Shown piece by piece: positions 25,098 through 32,000 of a stretch of 32,000 bases of DNA. Position 1 is the stretch's first letter; every line of letters starts with the position of its first letter. The notes beneath the pieces are model-generated. The model was not told the DNA's origin, made no database searches, and saw only the letters and a program-made list of their open reading frames with translations. Made by a program: the position numbers and the translations under genes. Source of the stretch: Candidatus Saccharimonadota bacterium (GTDB lineage: Bacteria > Patescibacteriota > Saccharimonadia > Saccharimonadales > Saccharimonadaceae); the NCBI GenBank assembly GCA_020160975.1, contig JAIUPJ010000001.1, forward strand, positions 690,001 to 722,000, written 5' to 3'.

Positions 25098-26162
25098 TTA
25101 ACGAGGAACGAGGTGATTGATATAGGGAATCTTCATGAGCGCCCATGTCGTGCCAACACTAAGAGCGGCTAGTGCTGTGTTGATCAAAAATTGACCCGTC
25201 GTGGGTGCGAAGAGTAGCTGAATGCACACGAGGGGAACCGTATGCAAAATATATGCAGTCAGTGAGCGCTCGCCAAAAATTAGCAGCCAACTGGCATAGC
25301 GCTTAAGTAGCGGCATGAGGTAACTAAATAGGCTCAGTAGTCCAAGGAACCAGCAAAACGCCATCGGAATAGTGAGCGGCGAGAGTGGGCGACGGGTAAA
25401 CAGCGGATCCGTGTATGTGCCGGGGTCATGGGCAAACACAATGCTCATTGAGTAGATAAATGCACCGAGCATACTGGCGATAAAGCCGACGCGGATTGTG
25501 GTGCGCAGTGCTGGCGCGAGCGCTCGAAAGCGAGCCAAAAGTGTATCGAAATGATAGCCAAATGTTGTTGCACCAAAGAATAAGACTTGCCACTGCAGCC
25601 ATTCGATTTCATGAGTGAGCCCGTACCAATACGCGGCACCGCTCGCGGCCAGTACGATCCACCAGAAACCCCGTCGCAGTAGCAAGATCACCCCCGGAGA
25701 CACAACCAGATAGATTGCGTAGAGATAGAGGAAATACGTCAACGAATGGGCATAATTGAAGGCCAGCATGAGATCGAACAGCGCCTTCCAATCACCGACG
25801 GGCACCGGTATGTACGCCATACCTCCTTTTGGCGCCAGATTCCAAGTGATTGCCACGAGGGCGAGTGTCGTTATCCACATCCATACATACAACATGATTC
25901 CGCGTTTAATGAGTTTCCAGCTAAGGGGAGCGAGAGGTTGTGCGCGTTTTTTGTAGCCGTGCACATAGCCGACGAGCAGACCAGAAATGATGATAAATCC
26001 TTCGGCCGCGGATACCCACAATTCACCGCGTCCTGTTGCAAACTGAAATAGATTTGGCCAACGCCACAGGTGGTCGACAATAATAACGCTGATGAAAAAC
26101 CCGCGTAGATAATCGAGCGCAAAGATGCGGCTCGAACGAGATTGGTGGCTACCCGTACTCAT
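25098..26162 (-). CDS. Integral membrane acyltransferase (acyltransferase_3 / OpgC-like)
   Basis: IFALDYLRGFFISVIIVDHL matches the N-terminal signature of these acyltransferases, and about 10 TM helices follow. I use the ATG at 26162, because the ORF-track extension overlaps the bcp promoter region. Confidence 0.6.
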   Translation of the reverse strand: MSTGSHQSRSSRIFALDYLRGFFISVIIVDHLWRWPNLFQFATGRGELWVSAAEGFIIISGLLVGYVHGYKKRAQPLAPLSWKLIKRGIMLYVWMWITTLALVAITWNLAPKGGMAYIPVPVGDWKALFDLMLAFNYAHSLTYFLYLYAIYLVVSPGVILLLRRGFWWIVLAASGAAYWYGLTHEIEWLQWQVLFFGATTFGYHFDTLLARFRALAPALRTTIRVGFIASMLGAFIYSMSIVFAHDPGTYTDPLFTRRPLSPLTIPMAFCWFLGLLSLFSYLMPLLKRYASWLLIFGERSLTAYILHTVPLVCIQLLFAPTTGQFLINTALAALSVGTTWALMKIPYINHLVPR

Positions 26163-26220
26163 TACTTGGACTATTATACCAAAATCACCTTGGAGGAAGC
26201 TTAGGGAGTATACTAAGACT

Positions 26221-26685
26221 ATGAAGCAATCAACTCCGTACCCTGCACCATCGTTTACACTCCTTGATAGCGAGGGGGCGACTAGGTCGCTCAAGGATTA
26301 CGCTGGCCAATGGCTCATTCTTTACTTTTACCCCAAAGACGACACGCCTGGCTGCACAATCGAGGCCTGTAGTTTTCGGGATATGCATGAGTCGTTGCTG
26401 GCGCAAGAAGCGGCGGTGGTCGGCGTCTCACAGGATGACACGGCTAGTCACGTGGCCTTTCGCCAAAAATACGACCTTAGCTTCACCTTGCTAAGTGACC
26501 CGGAGCGAAAAACAATTGAAGCCTATGGCGCATGGGGCAAAAAAATGTTTGGACATGAGGGCATCCTGCGCAAGACATTCATCATTGACCCAAACGGGCA
26601 GGTAGTAAAGGCCTATGGACGGGTCACACCGCTCGGCCATGCCGAAAAGGTGCTCGCAGACCTGAAACAACTCCAGGCACGCTAG
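26221..26685 (+). CDS. bcp: Thiol peroxidase Bcp / PrxQ-type peroxiredoxin
   Basis: YFYPKDDTPGCTIEACSF has the peroxidatic Cys in PGCT and a resolving Cys 5 residues later. I use the ATG at 26221, with TATACT (26209-26214) 6 nt upstream. Confidence 0.9.
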   Translation: MKQSTPYPAPSFTLLDSEGATRSLKDYAGQWLILYFYPKDDTPGCTIEACSFRDMHESLLAQEAAVVGVSQDDTASHVAFRQKYDLSFTLLSDPERKTIEAYGAWGKKMFGHEGILRKTFIIDPNGQVVKAYGRVTPLGHAEKVLADLKQLQAR

Positions 26686-27404
26686 CGAGGGCGACGGGCA
26701 GCGGTGTCGCGGGCTAAGCTCGCGAAGTGATCGTCTATCACCGCAGGATGAAATTCGCCGTACTTTCGTATCACGGCTTGCTCGATGAGCCAGTCGGCAA
26801 TTGCGGGATTTTTGGGGAGAAGTGATCCGTGCAGATAAGTGCCGATGACATTGTTGTACCGTGCGCCTTCGGTACGGTCTTGATTGTTGTTGCCAGCGCC
26901 ACGCATGACTGTTCCGAGTGGTGTTGCGTTCGCGCCAAGGGTAGTGAGACCACTATGGTTCTCGTAGCCGACAATCGAACCAAACTTATCGTTCTCAGTG
27001 ACAATGTTGCCAATGAGTCGCTCGTGCCCCCCGACGGTGACGATATCGAGCAAGCCAATCCCTTTTATTTCCTCGCCATCTTTTGTTTTGAAATAATGAC
27101 CAAATTGTTGGTAGAGCCCGCAAATCATCAACATTGGTACGCCCTGGTCAGCCAAGGTTTTTAGCCGATCGCCGATACCAAGAAGATCATCGCCAATCTT
27201 TGACTGACCGCTATCTTGCCCGCCGCCACCAACGATGAGGTCAACTTCTTTAGGAAATTCATCGCCAGGATTGTAGGCTACTAAATTGACACCATAGCCG
27301 TGCCACTCAAGTCGCCGCTTCAAAACAAGGGTATTACCCCAGTCGCCATAGATATTCATATCTCTTGGGTAAAGTTGCAGAAGCGTAATCGTGCCTCGTG
27401 TCAT
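26682..27404 (-). CDS. gatD: Lipid II isoglutaminyl synthase, glutaminase subunit GatD
   Basis: LYPRDMNIYGDWGN, ICGLYQQFG (Cys nucleophile) and YLHGSLLPKNP (His). It overlaps the murT stop (ATGA-type junction) as in known murT-gatD operons. Confidence 0.88.
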   Translation of the reverse strand: MTRGTITLLQLYPRDMNIYGDWGNTLVLKRRLEWHGYGVNLVAYNPGDEFPKEVDLIVGGGGQDSGQSKIGDDLLGIGDRLKTLADQGVPMLMICGLYQQFGHYFKTKDGEEIKGIGLLDIVTVGGHERLIGNIVTENDKFGSIVGYENHSGLTTLGANATPLGTVMRGAGNNNQDRTEGARYNNVIGTYLHGSLLPKNPAIADWLIEQAVIRKYGEFHPAVIDDHFASLARDTAARRPR

Positions 27405-28681
27405 CGTACGGTCTCCACGCTAGTGTATTTGCGAAGCAATTTCCGCACGCTGAGCATAGCGGTATAGGTGCAGTAAATGCGGCGGGTCGGCTGGGTACCC
27501 TGCTGCATGAATGCTGCCAGCGCTTTGTCGACCGATGGTTCGACGGTACCAATTAGAACTTCATCGTACTGTAGCCGAAGTGCCATGTCGTAGGCACGAA
27601 CACCGCTCACGACCTTGACGCCTTCGGTCAGTGAATCGAAATCAACATCCCACAGCCAACTCATGTCACGGCCATCGGCATAGTCGTCGTTGATGACAAT
27701 CATGGTATCGGTATCTTTCGACGAGAAGCTCTTGAGGCTCAGGCGAAATCCTGCGGGGTTTTTGACGAGTACTAATTCGTAGGTAGTCTCACCTACCGCG
27801 ATACTTTCTCCACGTCCAAACGCTGGCGTGACAGCGGCGAGTGCCGTGAGCATAGCTGTCACATTGAGCGTATCACCAAGTACCATGCGAGTGACGGCAA
27901 TCGCCCCGACGGCATTTTGAGCATTATAGATACCACGCAGTTTGAGATCGACGGTGTGTGATGTGCCCCCAAAACCAATACGGGCAGTTTGATCGGATAA
28001 TGCTTCTAGCATGGTCGTATCGGCGAAGCTTGGCTGCTTCACCAGAGGTAATGATGCTGCGCCATGAAGCGCATCGTCAGTGGGAAATTCTTTGAGGAGA
28101 TCTGGCGAGACGCCGTACGAGCGGACGGGAACCGTCAAGAGCGAGTGAAATGCGGGCTTGGCAAGTCGAGGGTCATCCTGATTGACGACGACGCCTTTGG
28201 TTGTATGCGCGGCGATTTTGTAGAGAAGCTCGGCTGTTTTGTCGATTTCTCCAAAACGATCCAGCTGGTCGCGCATGACATTGAGAAGGAGGCAGTAGCT
28301 CGGTGAAACTGCCTGCACGAAATGCACTGCATGAGCTTCATCGAGTTCAAGAACAGCGATATCGGCATCGAGCTTGCCGCGCTGGTCCACAGCACCGAGC
28401 AAAGCGGCGGTGACACCTCTGGTAAAATTACTGCCTGTGCGGTTGGTAAATACCGTGAGGCCCTGGCTTTTGAGTAGTTCAACGACCATTTTTGTCGTAG
28501 TGGTTTTGCCATTGGTGCCACTTACCAGTACGACTCCCATCGGCAAGGTGGTGAGGGTGCGGCGCATGAAATCACGGTCGATTTTCTCAACAAATAGTCC
28601 AGGCAGTGCCGAGCCGCCTCCGCGCAATTGAGAAATTTTTTTGACCGTCTTGCCGAGGCTGGTTGTGAGCTGATGACGCAT
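27401..28681 (-). CDS. murT: Lipid II isoglutaminyl synthase, Mur-ligase-like subunit MurT
   Basis: VSGTNGKTTT P-loop, LLNVMRDQLDRFGEID, and C-terminal DUF1727-like DGRDMSWLWD. TATAAT (28689-28694, minus strand) lies 7 nt upstream of the ATG. Confidence 0.9.
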   Translation of the reverse strand: MRHQLTTSLGKTVKKISQLRGGGSALPGLFVEKIDRDFMRRTLTTLPMGVVLVSGTNGKTTTTKMVVELLKSQGLTVFTNRTGSNFTRGVTAALLGAVDQRGKLDADIAVLELDEAHAVHFVQAVSPSYCLLLNVMRDQLDRFGEIDKTAELLYKIAAHTTKGVVVNQDDPRLAKPAFHSLLTVPVRSYGVSPDLLKEFPTDDALHGAASLPLVKQPSFADTTMLEALSDQTARIGFGGTSHTVDLKLRGIYNAQNAVGAIAVTRMVLGDTLNVTAMLTALAAVTPAFGRGESIAVGETTYELVLVKNPAGFRLSLKSFSSKDTDTMIVINDDYADGRDMSWLWDVDFDSLTEGVKVVSGVRAYDMALRLQYDEVLIGTVEPSVDKALAAFMQQGTQPTRRIYCTYTAMLSVRKLLRKYTSVETVR

Positions 28682-28742
28682 TCCTTTTATTATACCGATT
28701 TCGCAAGCGATAGCGAATTCTTCCGGGTCGCGGAACGTGACT

Positions 28743-28803
28743 GGGCAAGTAAGGCGGATTTATTCCGTCATACTTGCGGGAAGGGTTGGCCCTTCCCTTA
28801 TAC
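28743..28803 (+). repeat. 61-bp two-hairpin element, copy 1
   Basis: GGGCAAGTAAGGCGGATTTATTCCGTCATACTTGCGGGAAGGGTTGGCCCTTCCCTTATAC. Hairpin 1 (28745-28777) is GCAAGTA-A-GGCGGA-TTTAT-TCCGTC-A-TACTTGC. Hairpin 2 (28778-28797) is GGGAAGGG-TTGG-CCCTTCCC. It is identical to copy 2. Confidence 0.9.
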
Positions 28804-28846
28804 CCATTATACGTAAGCAAGCGATAGCGTAGCCTTTAGGGGATGG

Positions 28847-28907
28847 GGGCAAGTAAGGCGGATTTATTCCGTCATACTTGCGGGAAGGGTTGGCCCTTCC
28901 CTTATAC
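28847..28907 (+). repeat. 61-bp two-hairpin element, copy 2
   Basis: Perfect 61/61 identity with 28743-28803, at a period of 104 bp. The flanking box GCAAGCGATAGCG is also duplicated (28703-28715 and 28816-28828). Confidence 0.9.
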
Positions 28908-28912
28908 TTTAG

Positions 28913-28918
28913 TACAAT
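28913..28918 (+). promoter_or_regulatory. -10-like TACAAT, 6 nt upstream of ATG 28925
   Basis: TACAATAAGATTATG has the same shape as TATACTAAGACTATG at ruvA and bcp. Confidence 0.45.
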
Positions 28919-28924
28919 AAGATT

Positions 28925-29308
28925 ATGTTTATAGTGGGGCTGCTCTCTTGGTGGTACGGTGCAGGATGGGCGAGACAGGCGCGTGCAGTCAGAGATAGGC
29001 TTGCAGGTCTGTACGACTACTTTTCGATTGACCTATTGCTAAAGACTTTATTCTCGCCTTTTCGTCAGATTTCAGCTGGAAGCGTGCGTGGCTCGATTGA
29101 TGTACAAGTACGAGCCTGGCTTGACCAGCTTATCTCTCGGGTGATTGGTATGATTGTGCGGAGTATCGTGATGGTAATTGGCTGTGTGACGCTATTTTTC
29201 GCGGCAATAGTTGGGATTGTGTCTCTTTGTGTATGGCCACTGGTACCACTGACGCCGGTGTTGGGAATTGTTTTTGCACTGTCAGGATGGGTGCCGTGGA
29301 CGATCTAG
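28925..29308 (+). CDS. Small hypothetical membrane protein, co-oriented with and overlapping the Clp-like gene
   Basis: An N-terminal hydrophobic segment (FIVGLLSWWYGAGW) and two C-terminal TM helices. I recognise no family. Confidence 0.5.
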   Translation: MFIVGLLSWWYGAGWARQARAVRDRLAGLYDYFSIDLLLKTLFSPFRQISAGSVRGSIDVQVRAWLDQLISRVIGMIVRSIVMVIGCVTLFFAAIVGIVSLCVWPLVPLTPVLGIVFALSGWVPWTI

Positions 29309-31743
29309 TTGTCAACTATCATAGCCAGCGTGCTGCAGAGGCACGGTTCGGTGTACAATTACGAGGATTCATGGCGGCATCGCTACCTTGGACTGCGCTT
29401 CTCGGTGCGCTTCTCGGTGTGGGCTTGTTGGTACTGGGAGTGAGTATCGGCTGGGTGCTGGTGGGGCTTGCTGGCATACCATTGATGTTACACGCATACT
29501 ATCGACATCATCTCATCACGCTACCACCATCTACAAACAGCCTTACCGATATGATTGCAGGTGATGTATTGGGCCGACTGCCACGCAAGCCATCACCTGC
29601 AGACATCGCGAAGGTAGTAGGTGAGGTGCCGAGTGGACAGTTTATGGCAGTGCGATTCGGACTTACTTCTGGATTGTTGCTTTCGATGGCATCGGTAGAT
29701 GCCGGCACAGCAGCCGCAGTGTGGCAGCAGGCTGACAATATTCGTGAAAAATGCAAGCTCGATCAGATCAGCGGAGCGGTGCTTGCGGTTGCGATTGTCC
29801 GGTCGTTTCCTGATTACCAGGCAGTGCTCGCACAAATCCATATCGATGACGAAGACCTCGATAGGGGTATTCTCTGGCAACAACAGCTGATGACACTACT
29901 AGAGAAATATAGCAAGCCACGACGCACCGGCGGAATCGCACGCGACTGGTCATTTGGATATATTCCGCTACTGACACGATTTGGCCAGAATATCAGTGAG
30001 CAAATAAGTCGGGGTACTGGAGTGCTAACGGTTGACGTGGCTTCGCACCTGGAAGCAGTGATGCAATTGGTCGAAACCTTTGGAAGCGGCGGTCGTCAAA
30101 ACGTCGCGCTAATTGGTAAAGAAGGCGTGGGCAAGACGACAATTATTCATGCCTTTGCTGCTCGGTTGCTCGACGCCGACGAGATACTGCCCGACTCTCT
30201 CCGCTTTCGTCAAGTGTTTCTGCTTGATGCCGCAGCGCTGATTGCTGCCGCGCCGGGACGAGGCGAACTGGAAGGGCTTGTGACACGTGTGCTCGGCGAG
30301 GCGCACCGGGCAAAAAACATTATCATTTGTCTTGATAACGCCCAGCTGTTTTTTGAAGAGGGTGTAGGGTCGGTTGATCTAGCCAATGTCTTGCAGCCAA
30401 TTCTTGATGCCGGCAGCCTGCGCATCATTCTCTCTATGGACGAGCAACGATTTTTGCAAATCAGCCAGCGAAACCCTGGACTGGTGAATGTGCTTAATCG
30501 TGTAAATGTCGCACCTGCGAGCGAGACCGAGACAAAGACCGTCATGCAGGAGCAGTTGATTTTGATGGAAGTGCAGCGCCACGTCACCTATATGTACCAG
30601 GCAATCAAAGAGGCCTATCGTCTCGGCGAGCGCTATGTACACGACCTCGAGATGCCGGGGCGCGCGCTGAAGCTGCTTGAATCAGCAGCAAGCTACAGCG
30701 AGTCAGGACTCGTAACGATGAATTCAGTTCAGCAAGCAATCGAGAAAACACTTGATGTTAAGGTGAGTGTGGCAAGTAGCACCGAGGATCGAGAAAAACT
30801 GCTCAACATGGAAGAGTTGATCCATCAACGCATGGTCAACCAAACACGTGCGGTCAGTGTGGTCAGTGATGCGCTACGTCGCGCGCGGGCAGGGGTGAGA
30901 AATGAGAATCGGCCAATCGGTACGTTCCTGTTTCTCGGGCCGACGGGCGTAGGGAAAACCGAGCTCAGCAAAGCACTTGCTGACGTGTATTTCGGTGGGG
31001 AAGAGCGAATAATTCGCATTGATCTCAACGAGTTCGTGCGCGCAGAGGACGTGTCTCGGCTGATTCGTGATGGCGCCCAAGACCCCACGAGTTTGACCGC
31101 ACAGGTCATGAAACAGCCGTTTAGTGTTGTGTTGCTCGATGAAATCGAAAAAGCGGCGCCAGAAGTGCTTGCGACGCTGTTGCAGTTGCTCGACGAAGGC
31201 ATCCTGCGCGACGAGAAAAATCGCGAAGTGAGCTTTCGCGATGCCATCGTGATTGCCACTAGTAATGCTGGGGCTGATCGCATCAGAGAGTATATCGAAC
31301 GGGGCATGGAGGTTGCTAAGTTTGAGGACGCATTTATCGACGAGTTGATCAGCAGTAATCAATTTCGTCCGGAATTTTTGAACCGGTTTGATGAGATTGT
31401 GGTCTTTCGTCCATTTACGAAGCCAGAGTTAGTGCAAGTGTGCGATTTGATCTTGGCGAGTGTCAATAAAACCCTCGCAGTTCAAAAGGTATCAGTCGAG
31501 GTAGAGCCTGCAGCAAAACAGCTTCTGGTTGAACAGGGCTATGATCCACGGTTAGGCGCGCGACCGATGCGTCGAGTGGTGCAAAAAGCCGTTGAAAACA
31601 CTGTAGCAAAACAAATGCTCAGTGGAAGCGTTGCGTCTGGCGACACGATTACTATTACCGAGGCGCAAGTTGCGCAGGTTTTTGGTATCGAGGCAGGTCA
31701 TATGGGAGGAGACTCGCCCGTGACGCCGCCCCCTGGTGTATAA
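29287..31743 (+). CDS. Membrane-anchored Clp/Hsp100-family two-ring AAA+ ATPase
   Basis: Two N-terminal TM helices (LPWTALLGALLGVGLLVLGV, WVLVGLAGIPLML). D1 has Walker A GKEGVGKTT but Walker B IIICLDNAQ. D2 has Walker A GPTGVGKTE and Walker B VVLLDEIEKA, followed by sensor/ClpB_D2-small-like GARPMRR. The start is uncertain: ATG 29287 overlaps the upstream gene by 22 nt, and ATG 29371 (GAGGA upstream) is an alternative. Confidence 0.8.
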   Translation: MGAVDDLVVNYHSQRAAEARFGVQLRGFMAASLPWTALLGALLGVGLLVLGVSIGWVLVGLAGIPLMLHAYYRHHLITLPPSTNSLTDMIAGDVLGRLPRKPSPADIAKVVGEVPSGQFMAVRFGLTSGLLLSMASVDAGTAAAVWQQADNIREKCKLDQISGAVLAVAIVRSFPDYQAVLAQIHIDDEDLDRGILWQQQLMTLLEKYSKPRRTGGIARDWSFGYIPLLTRFGQNISEQISRGTGVLTVDVASHLEAVMQLVETFGSGGRQNVALIGKEGVGKTTIIHAFAARLLDADEILPDSLRFRQVFLLDAAALIAAAPGRGELEGLVTRVLGEAHRAKNIIICLDNAQLFFEEGVGSVDLANVLQPILDAGSLRIILSMDEQRFLQISQRNPGLVNVLNRVNVAPASETETKTVMQEQLILMEVQRHVTYMYQAIKEAYRLGERYVHDLEMPGRALKLLESAASYSESGLVTMNSVQQAIEKTLDVKVSVASSTEDREKLLNMEELIHQRMVNQTRAVSVVSDALRRARAGVRNENRPIGTFLFLGPTGVGKTELSKALADVYFGGEERIIRIDLNEFVRAEDVSRLIRDGAQDPTSLTAQVMKQPFSVVLLDEIEKAAPEVLATLLQLLDEGILRDEKNREVSFRDAIVIATSNAGADRIREYIERGMEVAKFEDAFIDELISSNQFRPEFLNRFDEIVVFRPFTKPELVQVCDLILASVNKTLAVQKVSVEVEPAAKQLLVEQGYDPRLGARPMRRVVQKAVENTVAKQMLSGSVASGDTITITEAQVAQVFGIEAGHMGGDSPVTPPPGV

Positions 31744-31773
31744 TAGTGCGATACGACTAAGAGGATTTTTCTG

Positions 31774-32000
31774 ATGGCGAACTGGGATGATATCAGCAGT
31801 GAAGGCAATGTCGAAGACCGACGGGGTACCACGCCAGCGATTGCATTTGCCGGTGGTGGGGGCATTATCGCACTCCTGTTAACGCTTGGGCTTAATTTTT
31901 TGGGACTTAGTGTCGACCCCTCGACTGTTGAATCGGTGCTCAATACTGTACAGTCCCTCAATGCCGGACAAGCAACACAGGTAGAGCAGCCGCCAGAGTA
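31774..32000 (+). CDS. YpfJ-like putative neutral zinc metallopeptidase, N-terminal part (continues past window)
   Basis: MANWDDISSEGNVEDRRG followed by a Gly-rich TM helix matches the YpfJ/PF04228 N-terminus. Shine-Dalgarno AAGAGGA at 31759-31765. The frame is open to the window end. Confidence 0.7.
   Translation, partial: MANWDDISSEGNVEDRRGTTPAIAFAGGGGIIALLLTLGLNFLGLSVDPSTVESVLNTVQSLNAGQATQVEQPPE

Noticed and set aside
28743-28907. The 61-bp direct repeats considered as a mini CRISPR array
   Set aside because: There are only two copies. The 43-nt spacer itself contains a duplicated box and a -10 element, the repeat is much longer than CRISPR repeats, and there are no cas genes in the window.
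30825-31362. Two overlapping minus-strand ORFs of about 160 aa inside the Clp-like gene
   Set aside because: They are antisense to the conserved D2 AAA+ module. Their composition is Ser/Arg-rich with no motifs.
1-32000. Alternative genetic code (UGA recoding as in some candidate phyla)
   Set aside because: Long motif-complete ORFs are obtained with the standard code. Several well-defined genes terminate at TGA in sensible positions (for example 8626-8628, and the ATGA junctions in the pil and island operons), so no recoding is needed.

Overview
Gene-dense bacterial chromosome segment of about 50% GC, with many overlapping or near-zero gene junctions. No database search was possible, so every family call rests on motifs read from the translations.

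Contents:
- Recombination genes: ruvC (3' part), ruvA, ruvB, recA and recX, interleaved with three Nudix hydrolases and an RBBP9/YdeN-type hydrolase.
- Envelope genes: a class A PBP, a sortase, MurT/GatD, a GT39-like glycosyltransferase and an acyltransferase.
- Type IV pilus genes: an operon pilB-pilC-pilM-pilN-pilO-like with two uncharacterised tail genes, plus a separate pilin gene.
- Others: tsaE with a half-length tsaB, RNase Y, Bcp, a membrane-anchored two-ring Clp/Hsp100-like ATPase, and the start of a YpfJ-like metallopeptidase.

This mix (pilus genes without a secretin, sortase, MurT/GatD, truncated TsaB, extreme compaction) suggests a reduced-genome Gram-positive-type lineage such as Saccharibacteria/Patescibacteria. 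That is inference only.

Main points of interest:
1. An AT-rich island of about 3.4 kb (about 20029-23448) abuts the 3' end of a tRNA-Pro(UGG). It carries recombinase-like gene debris, a SET-domain gene and a translationally coupled cassette: 2H phosphoesterase, S51/GATase1-like hydrolase, and a 246-aa protein with Rx4H (HEPN-like) motifs. This cassette is the best candidate for an undescribed RNA-targeting toxin/immunity or defence module.
2. A tandemly duplicated module of about 104 bp lies in the divergent murT / membrane-Clp promoter region. Each copy holds a perfect 61-bp two-hairpin element.
3. A -10-like hexamer sits 6-7 nt upstream of the start codon of at least 11 genes, implying widespread leaderless mRNAs.
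4. The Clp-like ATPase has N-terminal transmembrane helices and a degenerate D1 Walker B.
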